Shown here piece after piece: positions 1 through 9,987 of a DNA stretch of 64,000 bases. Source of the DNA: an uncultured Gammaproteobacteria bacterium (lineage in GTDB: Bacteria > Patescibacteriota > Microgenomatia > Levybacterales > GWA1-39-11). The DNA lies in assembly GCA_964504535.1 (NCBI GenBank), contig CAZDED010000004.1, positions 44,115 through 108,114 on the forward strand. The letters are read 5' to 3'. A model generated the notes under the pieces. The model had not been told where the DNA came from, searched no databases, and saw only the letters and a list, made by a program, of their open reading frames with translations. The first letter of the stretch is position 1; every line of letters begins with the position of its first letter. The translations under genes were made by a program, and so were the position numbers.

Positions 1-615
1 GCAAATATATTCGGAAAGGGAATGAAATCTACATCCCTTCAACTTCCCCTTAAGGAATTCCAAAAAGTGTATGATGAGGTTCACGAAACAGGGCTTGTAG
101 ACTTAACCATTGATAAAGAAACACATCCCGTTCTTATTCAAAACATTCACACCCAACCAATCACACATATTCCGCTTCACGCTGATTTTTTCAAAGTAAA
201 TCTTAAAGAAAAAGTAAAAGCCACAATTCCAGTTATTGGAGTTGGTGAACCAAAAGCTGTAACTGACAAAATTGGCGTATTGCTTCAATCTCTTTCTGAA
301 GTTGAGGTAGAAGCACTTCCAGCTGATTTACCGGAACATATTGAGATAAGCGTTGAGGGACTATCTCAGATAGACGATAATTTGACTGTTGCTGATCTTA
401 AAGTGCCAACTGGTGTAGAAATAATGGCCGAGCCAGCAGAAATGGTGTTCCGAATTGCAGAACTTGTCAGTGAAGAAGCTGAAGAACTTGCTGCGGAAGA
501 GGAAGCTGCTTCTGAAGAAGGTGGAGCTGAGGGCGAAAAATCCAGTGAAGAAACCGCAGAGTCATCAGGTAATGAATCAAGCGGTGAATCTTCGGAAGAA
601 AAAGCTTCAGAGTAA
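1..615 (+). CDS. rplY: 50S ribosomal protein L25/Ctc, 5'-partial, acidic tail
   Basis: Frame open from base 1 (ANIFGKGM...); HADFFKV, VEVEALPADLP, long Glu/Ser-rich tail of long-form bL25. Confidence 0.93.
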   Translation, partial: ANIFGKGMKSTSLQLPLKEFQKVYDEVHETGLVDLTIDKETHPVLIQNIHTQPITHIPLHADFFKVNLKEKVKATIPVIGVGEPKAVTDKIGVLLQSLSEVEVEALPADLPEHIEISVEGLSQIDDNLTVADLKVPTGVEIMAEPAEMVFRIAELVSEEAEELAAEEEAASEEGGAEGEKSSEETAESSGNESSGESSEEKASE

Positions 616-987
616 CTATCCTCTACTAATAATCTCTTTTTTCAATTCGGTTGCCTTTTTGAAGGTTGGATCCAGCAGTAATGCTTTATTTACAAACTCC
701 TGTGCCTCTTTTTTCTTGTTGTCATTTAAAGCACTTAGTGAAGCATTATATAAAACGTCAGGAATTGTGGGATATTGAGTTGCCACACTACTCCAATACT
801 TATAGTCACGTGCTCGATTTTCATATTGCTCACGAGCTGAAAGAGTTTTACCGCTTAAGAAAACGAGTGTTTGAAGCAAAATGCCGGCAAGAATCAGAAA
901 CAATAGAAAGAAAAAACTCGATAACCTGTAGGCTATTTGACCATTATTCGGTAATAGATCGGTAATTCTGCGGAAATAATTTCTCAT
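616..987 (-). CDS. Membrane-anchored hypothetical protein with TPR-like C-terminus
   Basis: One TM segment then helical KALLLDP TPR-like motif. Confidence 0.6.
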   Translation of the reverse strand: MRNYFRRITDLLPNNGQIAYRLSSFFFLLFLILAGILLQTLVFLSGKTLSAREQYENRARDYKYWSSVATQYPTIPDVLYNASLSALNDNKKKEAQEFVNKALLLDPTFKKATELKKEIISRG

Positions 988-1029
988 TTTCTTATTTTAG
1001 AGGGACAAGAAGCAAACTTCAAGCAAATT

Positions 1030-1266
1030 TTAAAAAATAAACAGATAAACAGTTGAGGCAAACACAAATACCACAGAAAGCAGAAATTGCGCTGTCATTC
1101 CAAAATGCACAGCAGCAGGAAGAGCTATGCTCATCTTATCCTCCATCTTATTTGCCTCTTTTATTTGAAAATAATTAACAAGCGCCACAATGCATCCTGC
1201 GAGTAAGAGAATTATTTTGAATGATATTATTACTGTTCCCATAATATTAATTACTTGTATAACCAT
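1030..1266 (-). CDS. Small two-TM membrane protein
   Basis: Two hydrophobic segments; overlaps upstream gene in an operon-like way. Confidence 0.55.
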   Translation of the reverse strand: MVIQVINIMGTVIISFKIILLLAGCIVALVNYFQIKEANKMEDKMSIALPAAVHFGMTAQFLLSVVFVFASTVYLFIF

Positions 1267-1903
1267 ACGTTACATCGCCTAAGAAGCGATATTTATTATT
1301 TGTAAGTTCTCTGGCCCATAAGGGTTGTGCCTGCTGTTTGCGATCTGAGCCTTGGGCTTGATGAATTTGAGCAGAGAGAAGATTGGCGATAGTTCGGGGT
1401 GAACGAATATCTTTTATAATAAAAATCTCTTTATGAGTTGGTCTATCGAAAGTAACTTCAACGTTTCCAATCCCGAGCAGTTCTGGAATTATACCGTACA
1501 TTTCGACATCAATTTCAGTGCATCTGATTTGCTCTAGTAAAACTGAATTTATAGCGTGAGAGATGAGTGGGTTATAATGTACCTCTATCAATTGCTTTGT
1601 AGTTGCAATATACATATGAAAGCTCCAGTGAATAAGATCCCTTACCGCCAAAAGTCCTGTGATTAAAATGATAAGAAAAAAAGTTCCCGCCGCAAGAACT
1701 GTACTGTGAATGAGTAAAATAAATACAGATGAGCAGGCTGTTGCAATAAACAATCCCACAAAAGACTTTCTAATCAGGCGCAGAACAACTGGCAACCAAT
1801 GCTCCCTACATGCAAAGATTAACTCCTCATCATTGAATAACTTAAACTTCTCAACTTGAGCTTCTGTCAATCTATCTTTGAAGAACAGTTCCGTTTTTTT
1901 CAT
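1247..1903 (-). CDS. Bacterial PH-domain membrane protein
   Basis: REHW motif, two TMs, YIATTKQLI...LLGIGNVEV pattern; likely ATG at 1903 (track extends to 1921). Confidence 0.7.
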   Translation of the reverse strand: MKKTELFFKDRLTEAQVEKFKLFNDEELIFACREHWLPVVLRLIRKSFVGLFIATACSSVFILLIHSTVLAAGTFFLIILITGLLAVRDLIHWSFHMYIATTKQLIEVHYNPLISHAINSVLLEQIRCTEIDVEMYGIIPELLGIGNVEVTFDRPTHKEIFIIKDIRSPRTIANLLSAQIHQAQGSDRKQQAQPLWARELTNNKYRFLGDVTYGYTSN

Positions 1904-1938
1904 ACTGTCATACAGTATCAATTTATAATTTAAAAATC

Positions 1939-1977
1939 CGTAAGAAAGATTACAAAAAGAGTGTTAAGTTGCTAACA
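1939..1977. promoter_or_regulatory. Two CRP-like palindromes between crp and the divergent bPH gene
   Basis: CGTAA-N6-TTACA (1939-1954) and TGTTA-N6-TAACA (1962-1977); second overlaps -35 TTGCTA of a TTGCTA-17-TATACT promoter. Confidence 0.45.
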
Positions 1978-2007
1978 TTTTTTTTACCTGATATACTGCA
2001 GCGAGAA

Positions 2008-2661
2008 ATGGACTTGACTCCCAGTGAGAAATTAAAAAAATTTTTCGCTACTTCAAAACCCAGTCACTTTAAAAATGGTGAGATTGTGCTTCGCGCTGGT
2101 GACCAACGATCAGCTGCCTTCTATTTGAAAAGAGGATATGTTAAAGACTCTGCGTCTTCACGTGATGGTCGAGAATTCACACTTTTTATATTCAAACCTG
2201 AAGATATATTCTCCTACTCATGGATTTTTAACAAAATTCATAATGGCCACTCCTTCAGAGCAATGGGAGAATGTACGATACTTGAAAAGAATCGCGAGGC
2301 GTTCTTGCTTTTTCTTGAAACGAATCCCGATGTACAATTTATGATTGCTCAAAATATTGCTATTCGGATGAGAGGGCTTATGCAACGCATGGAACAGATG
2401 GCTTTTGGCAGTGCGACTCAAAAGGTAGCATCGATTATTCATATTCTTGGTGAACGCTTTGGTAAAGACGAAAATGGAAAGATCAATATTCCGCTGAAAT
2501 TAACGCAACAAGATATTGCTGATCTTATAGGAATCAGCCGCGAAACAGCAAGTATTGAAATCAACAAGTTAACAATTCAAAATATTCTTACTCATAATTC
2601 GGGACGCTATAGAATCATTGATCCAAAAAAACTTGTAAAGTATTCACATTTAACTGTCTAA
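2008..2661 (+). CDS. Crp/Fnr family transcriptional regulator
   Basis: cNMP-binding fold plus HTH LTQQDIADLIGISRETAS; ATG at 2008 preferred over TTG 1969. Confidence 0.92.
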   Translation: MDLTPSEKLKKFFATSKPSHFKNGEIVLRAGDQRSAAFYLKRGYVKDSASSRDGREFTLFIFKPEDIFSYSWIFNKIHNGHSFRAMGECTILEKNREAFLLFLETNPDVQFMIAQNIAIRMRGLMQRMEQMAFGSATQKVASIIHILGERFGKDENGKINIPLKLTQQDIADLIGISRETASIEINKLTIQNILTHNSGRYRIIDPKKLVKYSHLTV

Positions 2662-2666
2662 CTAGT

Positions 2667-4430
2667 ATGTGTGGGATATTCGGGTTTGTATCACAAAAAC
2701 AAAAAAATGCATCAGAAATCCTTGAAGGACTCAAGTCTCTCGAATACAGAGGATATGATTCATGGGGAATTGCAATAAAAAAAGACACAAAAATTGAGAT
2801 TGAAAAACATATAGGAAAGATAGGGGAAGCAAAAACATCACTTACTACAACGACTGTAGGAATAGGACATACGAGATGGGCAACTCATGGAGGGGTTACA
2901 GTCAAAAACGCTCACCCTCACCGAGATTGTACCGGTCAGATTGCTCTCCTGCATAATGGTATTATCGAGAATTTTGAGGAACTGAAACACGAACTGATTA
3001 AAAAAGGTCATACATTCGTCTCTCAAACCGATACTGAAGTTGCAGTACATCTTGTTGAAGAAGAGTTAAAGACGAACGGTTTTGCGGTCTCAGTTAGAAA
3101 TGCTTTTAAAAAACTGCATGGAATGAATGCAATTGTGGTCATAAACGCTAAATCCTCTGAAATGATTGCGGCAAAAAATGGTTCCCCACTCGTAGTTGGA
3201 GTAAGTGCTACCGGATACTATTTAGCCTCAGATGCCGCAGGGATTGTTAGGCATACAAAAAAAGTTGTATTCATTGAAGATAATCAGATGGTAATAGTAG
3301 GCAAATCACTCCAAATCATTGATCTACTAACAGAAACCAAAATTATTCCCAAATACACGACGCTTTCATGGAAATTCGAGCAAAGCGAACTGGGAAATTT
3401 CAAACATTACTTCATTAAAGAGGCACATGAAGAACAAAAAGTTATCAACACTATTGCAAGAAACTCACAGAGAGATGCTGAGGAACTTTCAAAATATATC
3501 AGAAATGCAAAAGGTGTATTTCTCGTCGCATGCGGGTCTGCTTCATATGCTGCAATTGGTGCCACATATCTATTCTCAAAAATTGCCCATCTTCATGTTA
3601 ATTTTGCAATTGGATCCGAATTTAAATATAGTGAGGATTTTGTGAATGCTAAAACGCTACTTATCCCAATTTCTCAAAGTGGAGAATCAATCGATGTCAT
3701 TGAACCTGTAACGAGAATGAAGAAAAAAGGTGCCAAAATTGCTTCTATCGTAAATGTAGAGGGTTCTACTCTTTTTCGGATCTCAGATCATGCCGCACTA
3801 CTCAATTCCGGACCTGAAAAAGCAGTTGTTGCAACAAAAAGTTTTACAGCAATGCTCTCAATTCTACTACTAACTGCATTCACTTACGCTGGAAAGGAAA
3901 GTCACGGGAAATATTTGCTTCAAAAAGCTGCGATCAATGTGGGGGACATATTAACACCATCATATATAAAGATAATTGAAAAGTTGGCTCAGCACCTTAA
4001 TAAAAGTGAGCATATTTACATAATCGGTCGGGGATTTTCCTACACCGCAGCTCTGGAAACAGCATTAAAGCTTAAAGAAGGAAGCTTTATTCATGCAGAA
4101 GCTTTTCCTGGCGGAGAATTAAAACATGGAGTTATGGCGCTCATCGAAAAAGGTACACCCGTTGTTGTATTTGCGCCAAATGATGAGACATACGCAGAAA
4201 TTATCTCAAATGCTCAGGAAGTAAAAGCGAGAGGAGCATATGTTGTTGGGATAGGTCCCAACAAAAACAGCGTCTTTGATGACTTTCTAGCAACTGCTGA
4301 TCTTGAAGAAGCAACAATTCTTCCCCAAGTAACAATTGCCCATCTTTTAGGATATTACGTCGCTTTAGCAAGAAAAGTTCCAGATCCTGACAAACCTCGC
4401 AATCTTGCAAAAAGTGTAACAGTAAAATAA
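2667..4430 (+). CDS. glmS: Glutamine-fructose-6-phosphate aminotransferase
   Basis: MCGIFG, LEYRGYDS, GHTRWATHG, PRNLAKSVT. Confidence 0.98.
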   Translation: MCGIFGFVSQKQKNASEILEGLKSLEYRGYDSWGIAIKKDTKIEIEKHIGKIGEAKTSLTTTTVGIGHTRWATHGGVTVKNAHPHRDCTGQIALLHNGIIENFEELKHELIKKGHTFVSQTDTEVAVHLVEEELKTNGFAVSVRNAFKKLHGMNAIVVINAKSSEMIAAKNGSPLVVGVSATGYYLASDAAGIVRHTKKVVFIEDNQMVIVGKSLQIIDLLTETKIIPKYTTLSWKFEQSELGNFKHYFIKEAHEEQKVINTIARNSQRDAEELSKYIRNAKGVFLVACGSASYAAIGATYLFSKIAHLHVNFAIGSEFKYSEDFVNAKTLLIPISQSGESIDVIEPVTRMKKKGAKIASIVNVEGSTLFRISDHAALLNSGPEKAVVATKSFTAMLSILLLTAFTYAGKESHGKYLLQKAAINVGDILTPSYIKIIEKLAQHLNKSEHIYIIGRGFSYTAALETALKLKEGSFIHAEAFPGGELKHGVMALIEKGTPVVVFAPNDETYAEIISNAQEVKARGAYVVGIGPNKNSVFDDFLATADLEEATILPQVTIAHLLGYYVALARKVPDPDKPRNLAKSVTVK

Positions 4431-4431
4431 T

Positions 4432-5235
4432 TCAGGGAAGATTTTTTAAATAGGCAAGGGCTCCGTAAAGGCCACCCTGCTCATCAATCTCAGCCATTTT
4501 TACCACGGGAACTTCTGGATAAATCTTACAATGCTTCTTCAGATACTCATTTACTTTTTCAAAATTAATCCGCTGAGGGACTGACCCTCCAAGCACAATA
4601 ATATTTGGTGACCACATGACTGCAACATTATTAAGACCAACTGACACATATTCAGAAATTTCCTCCCATGCATTTTCATCAGTAAGTTCAAAGGGAGAGA
4701 CATCATACCTTTTTTCAATTGCACTTCCAGAAACAATGTTTTCTAGGTAATCTTGTCCATCAGGTCCGCTAATAAGCATGCTTCCGGGCTCAAAGCTGTA
4801 TTCCGTCGCGTCAGCCTTACCATTAGTGATCCGGCATCCCCCAACGCCAGTTGACAACGTCACATATGCAACTATTTTACTCCCTTTCCCTGCCCCATGG
4901 ACTGCCTCTCCCAATCCTACCATCACACAATCATTCTCGATAAATACATCTCCCCAAGCCTCCTTCATTTTTTCAAGAAGTGGGACACCAACCCAAAGGG
5001 GAATTGTTGGATGTTCAAAAAGTGTTCCATTTTTTTTGTTATAAGACCTAACTCCACCAACAACTGCGTGATACTTTTCACCATTAGCAAAATCGGAAGC
5101 AACACTTTTCATTTGCTCCATTGCCTGATCAAAATCGTGATTTGTCGGAAAAAGCTTTACATCATCAATCTTATCCCCAGTATACGAAACAGCAAAACGA
5201 GTCGTTGTGCCACCAATATCGAAAAGTAAAAACAT
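4432..5235 (-). CDS. ROK family sugar kinase
   Basis: DIGGT, END, STGVGG, IVLGGSV, GLYGA. Confidence 0.9.
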   Translation of the reverse strand: MFLLFDIGGTTTRFAVSYTGDKIDDVKLFPTNHDFDQAMEQMKSVASDFANGEKYHAVVGGVRSYNKKNGTLFEHPTIPLWVGVPLLEKMKEAWGDVFIENDCVMVGLGEAVHGAGKGSKIVAYVTLSTGVGGCRITNGKADATEYSFEPGSMLISGPDGQDYLENIVSGSAIEKRYDVSPFELTDENAWEEISEYVSVGLNNVAVMWSPNIIVLGGSVPQRINFEKVNEYLKKHCKIYPEVPVVKMAEIDEQGGLYGALAYLKNLP

Positions 5236-5270
5236 ATGATTTTAGTGTAGCACAGAAGAAAATTTGAAAG

Positions 5271-7382
5271 CTAGGCTTGCGGGCAGGAGGATATCATTAT
5301 TGAATCTTGCGAATTATTTACCTTCCTATATATCTCGTCTGTCACAAAGGGCATTATTGGATGAAGAAGTTTTAAAATTGTAGAGTAAACGAATTCTAAA
5401 GTAGGCTGAGCTTCTGCTCTTCTGTCTTTTGTCGATTCAATATACTTATCGGCAAATTCATGCCATGTGAATTCATAAAGAAGTTCTGAGATGTCATTAA
5501 ATCTATAAGAAGCATATGCTGCGTCAATAGTTTTTATAACCTCATTAAGCTTTGCAACAATAGCCTTGTCGTCTGCATGGTCAGATATTTCACTCTGAGA
5601 ATCGTCAGGTTTAAAATCGATGATAAATCTACCCATATTCCACAATTTATTTGTAAAGCGACGAGCCGCTTCCAATTTTGGATAAGAAAGCGCTTGATCA
5701 TTACCAAGAGCCGTCCCATAGACGAGTGCAAATCTCACTGCATCAGCTCCATATTGATCGACCAGTTCTAGTGGATTTACAACATTTCCCTTACTTTTAC
5801 TCATTTTCTTTCCCAACGGATCATTAACCAATCCGTGAAGAACTACATTTTTAAAAGGAACTTTGCCAGTGGCATAAAGCCCCATCATCATCATACGAGC
5901 AACCCACCAACGAAGAATGTCGTACCCTGTTTCCATAACGGATGTTGGATAAAAGGTTTGGAAATCTCCACTTTGTGTAGTTTGAAGAGTCGCAAATGGC
6001 CATTGCGATGAGGAGAACCACGTGTCAAACGTGTCGTTGTCTTGTTGCCACTCCTCACCAGACGGAACCTCTCCTTCCGTTACCATCCACTCTCCGGTTT
6101 TTTTATTTTTCCAAGCAGGGATTCTGATCCCCCACACAACTTGTCTTGAAATATTCCAATCACGAATGTTTTCTAAAAATTGAAAATACAATTTATCAAA
6201 ACTTGCAGGATATATTTTGGTATCACCTTTTTTTACCGCTTCAATTGCTGGACCAGCTAATGGCTCCATTTTTATGAACCACTGCTCCAACGGAAGCGGC
6301 TCTAAAACATTATTACATTTGTAACAAAGCCCGATTCTATGCTTGTAATTCTCGTCGATATTAATGAGCAAATCGTCTTCTTTAAAGTCTTCAACCATGA
6401 GCTTTCTAACCTGCTTCACATATTGTCCATGATACTTCTCTGCTCTTGCTCTGTATTTTGGACTAACATCTTTTTTCTCGAGAAACCAAGAAAAATCCAT
6501 TTTCCCGTCAAACCCAATAATTGGGGTGACTGGCAATCCATATTTTTTCCCCAACTCAAAATCATGAGGGTCATGCGCTGGAGTAACCTTCATTATTCCC
6601 GTCCCAAATTCTGGATCAACTTCAGAGTCAGCGATAATCTTCATTTTAACTGGTCCCAAAAGTCCCATAATCTCATACTCTTTCCCAATTTCATCTTTAT
6701 ATCTTGGGTCATCAGGATTGACAGCTAACGCTGTGTCTCTAAATTTTGTTTCGGGTCTTACGGTTCCTATAACAAAGGGTCCGTATTTAATTTTATAAAA
6801 AGGACTGGTTCTCTCTTCATACACCACTTCCAAATCTGAAAATGAAGTTCCATCAAAAGTACAATAATTAACTAACCTGTTGTCTCTATATACTAACCCT
6901 TCATCATGGAGTTTTTTAAAATTCTTATATACGATAGCAACGATTTCTGGATCGATTGTGAGTTTTTTTCTCGACCAGTCGAGTGAAAATCCCATTTTTC
7001 GAAGTTGATTTTCCATTACTGGCCTGTTTCCTTGCACAAATTCTAAAATCATTTTGTATAGAGTGTCGCGGTCGTAATCAAACCTACTCTTCCCCTCCAA
7101 TGCTAGCCTTTTTTCAAAAACAAATTGGGTCTCAAATCCTGCATGATCCGCTCCCGGCTCCCAGAGAGTTTTAAACCCTTTCATTCTGTGGTAGCGGACA
7201 AGAATGTCTTCGATAACGTACATGGCGTGCCCGAAATGTAATGGGGCGTTGGCATTTGGGGGCGGAAGAATTATAGAATAGGGCTCCCCCCCTGGATTTA
7301 CCTCGGGCTTGAAGTATCCTTTCTCTTCCCATTCCTTATAAAGAGCATCCTCTACTTTTGTATGATCGTACACTTTGTCCAT
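5271..7382 (-). CDS. valS: Valyl-tRNA synthetase (short form)
   Basis: PPPN..HFGH, DWNISRQ, DTWFSS, KMSKS; lacks C-terminal coiled-coil arm. Confidence 0.97.
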   Translation of the reverse strand: MDKVYDHTKVEDALYKEWEEKGYFKPEVNPGGEPYSIILPPPNANAPLHFGHAMYVIEDILVRYHRMKGFKTLWEPGADHAGFETQFVFEKRLALEGKSRFDYDRDTLYKMILEFVQGNRPVMENQLRKMGFSLDWSRKKLTIDPEIVAIVYKNFKKLHDEGLVYRDNRLVNYCTFDGTSFSDLEVVYEERTSPFYKIKYGPFVIGTVRPETKFRDTALAVNPDDPRYKDEIGKEYEIMGLLGPVKMKIIADSEVDPEFGTGIMKVTPAHDPHDFELGKKYGLPVTPIIGFDGKMDFSWFLEKKDVSPKYRARAEKYHGQYVKQVRKLMVEDFKEDDLLINIDENYKHRIGLCYKCNNVLEPLPLEQWFIKMEPLAGPAIEAVKKGDTKIYPASFDKLYFQFLENIRDWNISRQVVWGIRIPAWKNKKTGEWMVTEGEVPSGEEWQQDNDTFDTWFSSSQWPFATLQTTQSGDFQTFYPTSVMETGYDILRWWVARMMMMGLYATGKVPFKNVVLHGLVNDPLGKKMSKSKGNVVNPLELVDQYGADAVRFALVYGTALGNDQALSYPKLEAARRFTNKLWNMGRFIIDFKPDDSQSEISDHADDKAIVAKLNEVIKTIDAAYASYRFNDISELLYEFTWHEFADKYIESTKDRRAEAQPTLEFVYSTILKLLHPIMPFVTDEIYRKVNNSQDSIMISSCPQA

Positions 7383-7490
7383 TTCCCAATTCTACCATGA
7401 GGCTAAGTTGGCTTCAACAAACTGATACAGTTAGACTGCTTGCGCCTCTTTTTTTATTTTGCTACATTTTAATTAAGCATTCATCTATAA

Positions 7491-8063
7491 ATGGCCAACG
7501 TAGAAACAACTACATCTGATCGACTAGCTCCAATTTCTACAAATAGACCTCGTTCAAAAACACTTGCTGAACTCGCACCATGTTTTACACCCTTTGGCAG
7601 AGAGAAAGTTTTTGCCGAAGGAAGCGTTTTTGAAATGCCTTCCACCGAGGGCCAGCTTGCTGTTTGGGGGGTTGTGAAGAGATCTCCTGACCACCAACGA
7701 GTAACGGCAATAAATAAAATTCTTGTTGTACCAGATCAAAACGGAGATGAAGTGTGGGTGGTACCTGAACAACCAGGGAAGGAAGACCGTTCGAAACGAT
7801 TTAGATTCATGCAGGATCGCGGACTAGAAATATCTCTTTTTAATGGAAGCGTATTGCAGGCAGAATATGATTTGGACACCGGACAGCTACGAAGCTATTC
7901 AAGCTCAGAACACACAGAAGAGGTTCCTACGGTACTTCCTCCAAAAGAACTCTCCGGAGTTTTAGATACCATGAGTTGCCTCGTATCTGGGATTCCACTC
8001 GAACTAACCACTCTTCAATCGTTAGTTAATTTCCCCCGCGACCACAAACTCGAAAGCTTCTAA
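7491..8063 (+). CDS. Hypothetical protein
   Basis: 190-aa ORF filling the interval; no recognised motif. Confidence 0.55.
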   Translation: MANVETTTSDRLAPISTNRPRSKTLAELAPCFTPFGREKVFAEGSVFEMPSTEGQLAVWGVVKRSPDHQRVTAINKILVVPDQNGDEVWVVPEQPGKEDRSKRFRFMQDRGLEISLFNGSVLQAEYDLDTGQLRSYSSSEHTEEVPTVLPPKELSGVLDTMSCLVSGIPLELTTLQSLVNFPRDHKLESF

Positions 8064-8103
8064 TTTACTTGTAAGATTATCTCCCCCTCTATATACTTTT
8101 CAT

Positions 8104-9360
8104 ATGCAGCGCTTTTCCGGGCTTGAGCTAAAATCAGTTTCTCTAAATACTCTTGTCCAATTTTTGATACGTATCTCTACAAGCATCCCAACCTTGATTG
8201 CGACACTACTTATCGCTTATTTTGCTGGCTATGAAACGCTTGGGAGTTTTACAAAGATAGTGGCATTCGTTTCCATCTTTTATCTGATCTTAGATTTTGG
8301 CATGAATTCCATTTTTATAAAGGAGCACTACGAAAATATTGGTAAGTATTTTGGGAATCTCATCATTCTCCGCCTACTCTTCTCTTTTCTCCTGATACCA
8401 CTCATCGCTTTTCTTGCACAACTACTTCCAGAAAACAAATTGGCAGGCACCGGGTTTTCAGAAATTGAAAAATACGGAATTATAATATACTCTTTGACTC
8501 TTATTGTTATTGGAATAAATATTTCACTCCAAGCATTTCTTCAAAGAAAACTCTCCTATTCTGTTTCTCTTATCCCAAGCGTTCTTTCATCAATTGTTTT
8601 ATTAGTGTTTATTCTTTTTGCCGTATCTCAAAAAAATCTCTCTCTGCTTTTACTTTCATACATCGTTTCTGGATCCGTTCTTGTCTCAACACTCTTTCTT
8701 GTCATGAAGAAAAAGTACAACCTTAACATTAAAAAAACATCAAACTTTAATTCTTTTTCAATGAATCTAGTTATTGCATCACTACCGCTTGGGATGATGC
8801 TTTTTTTCAATTTGCTTTATGCAAAAGCTGACATATTTATATTGTCTATTTATCGCCCAACAGTAGACGTTGGTGTATATGGAATTTCATATAAATTCTT
8901 TGAAATACTATTGGCGTTTCCAGCATATCTTGCAAATAGCGTATATCCTCTCCTTCTTAAAGAAAGCAAGAATCCCAAATCGTATAAACCGTTAATTAAA
9001 CGCTACTCCGCACTTTTCATTTTTCTATCTTTAGGAATTACATTTGGTGCTTTTTTTGGTGCTCCTCTCATGTCAATTATCAAAAATGATTTTTCAAAAT
9101 CAGTGTTACCTTTCCAAATACTTGCCCTCTCTCTTCCGTTCTTTTTTATGACAAGTCTATTGCAATGGCATTTCGTAATAAATAATAAACTGAAATTTCT
9201 TGTTCCCTTGTATGGAGGAGCGCTCCTTCTCAATGTTGTTCTGAACATTATTTTTGTTCCAAAGTATAGTTATAGTGCCGCCGCAATCGCTACGGGAATT
9301 TCTGAAGCCCTAGTTTTTCTCTTCATGCTGTGGTATTTTGTAAGAAGTAAAAAAGCTTAA
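8104..9360 (+). CDS. Wzx-like polysaccharide flippase
   Basis: ~12 TMs, LDFG, VGVYG, LLNVVLNIIFVP. Confidence 0.88.
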   Translation: MQRFSGLELKSVSLNTLVQFLIRISTSIPTLIATLLIAYFAGYETLGSFTKIVAFVSIFYLILDFGMNSIFIKEHYENIGKYFGNLIILRLLFSFLLIPLIAFLAQLLPENKLAGTGFSEIEKYGIIIYSLTLIVIGINISLQAFLQRKLSYSVSLIPSVLSSIVLLVFILFAVSQKNLSLLLLSYIVSGSVLVSTLFLVMKKKYNLNIKKTSNFNSFSMNLVIASLPLGMMLFFNLLYAKADIFILSIYRPTVDVGVYGISYKFFEILLAFPAYLANSVYPLLLKESKNPKSYKPLIKRYSALFIFLSLGITFGAFFGAPLMSIIKNDFSKSVLPFQILALSLPFFFMTSLLQWHFVINNKLKFLVPLYGGALLLNVVLNIIFVPKYSYSAAAIATGISEALVFLFMLWYFVRSKKA

Positions 9361-9409
9361 TATGACAGGCTTTTCGGTTACCACCATCGAAAAAAACTGC
9401 AATGCATAA

Positions 9410-9832
9410 ATGAAACCACATTCAAAACTCATCATTTACGGAGACGGAGGATCTCGGGGGAATCCTGGGGAAGCAGCCTATGGATTTGCCGTCTTTGATG
9501 AGGATAATAATCAGATATATGGAGAAGGAAAAAGAATTGGTGTTAACACCAACAATGTTGCAGAATACTCCGCAGTTATCAATGCATTCCGATGGGTTAT
9601 AGAACACTATCCTAATATTGAAGAGTTAGTCTTTCGTCTAGATTCACTTCTGGTTGCCCGCCAAATGGATGGCAAATTTAAAGTGAAGCACCCCAACATG
9701 CGGGAACTGTTTATTATGGCAAAAAGACTTGAATCACAATTATCAGCTCAAATTATATATTCTCAGATTCCACGCGAACAAAATAAGACAGCTGACCAAT
9801 TAGTGAATGATGCATTGGATTATAAAATTTGA
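9410..9832 (+). CDS. rnhA: Ribonuclease HI family protein
   Basis: DGGSRGNPG, TNNVAEY, DS, IPREQNKTAD. Confidence 0.92.
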   Translation: MKPHSKLIIYGDGGSRGNPGEAAYGFAVFDEDNNQIYGEGKRIGVNTNNVAEYSAVINAFRWVIEHYPNIEELVFRLDSLLVARQMDGKFKVKHPNMRELFIMAKRLESQLSAQIIYSQIPREQNKTADQLVNDALDYKI

Positions 9833-9850
9833 AGCTGTCTTGGCTACGCT

Positions 9851-9898
9851 AATGCAGCTGACGGCCTTGTAAATAATGCGCTTGACTTCAAAATTTAA
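9851..9898 (+). repeat. Diverged in-frame tandem copy of the rnhA 3' end
   Basis: Encodes NAADGLVNNALDFKI* vs gene end NKTADQLVNDALDYKI*, 66 nt downstream, same frame. Confidence 0.8.
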
Positions 9899-9987
9899 CG
9901 GTTCTACTTAATTTGAGTATGTAACCCAATTCCCGCACTACGTTCAAAATACTCGACAAGCGGTAATTATATCTCTACAATTAATGT

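Noticed and set aside
5271-7382. valS as truncated pseudogene
   Set aside because: All catalytic motifs intact and the next gene follows closely; short ValRS forms exist
9830-9832. TGA recoding (genetic code 25)
   Set aside because: TGA serves as a normal stop for other genes here (rpiB, rpe) and long ORFs are intact in code 11
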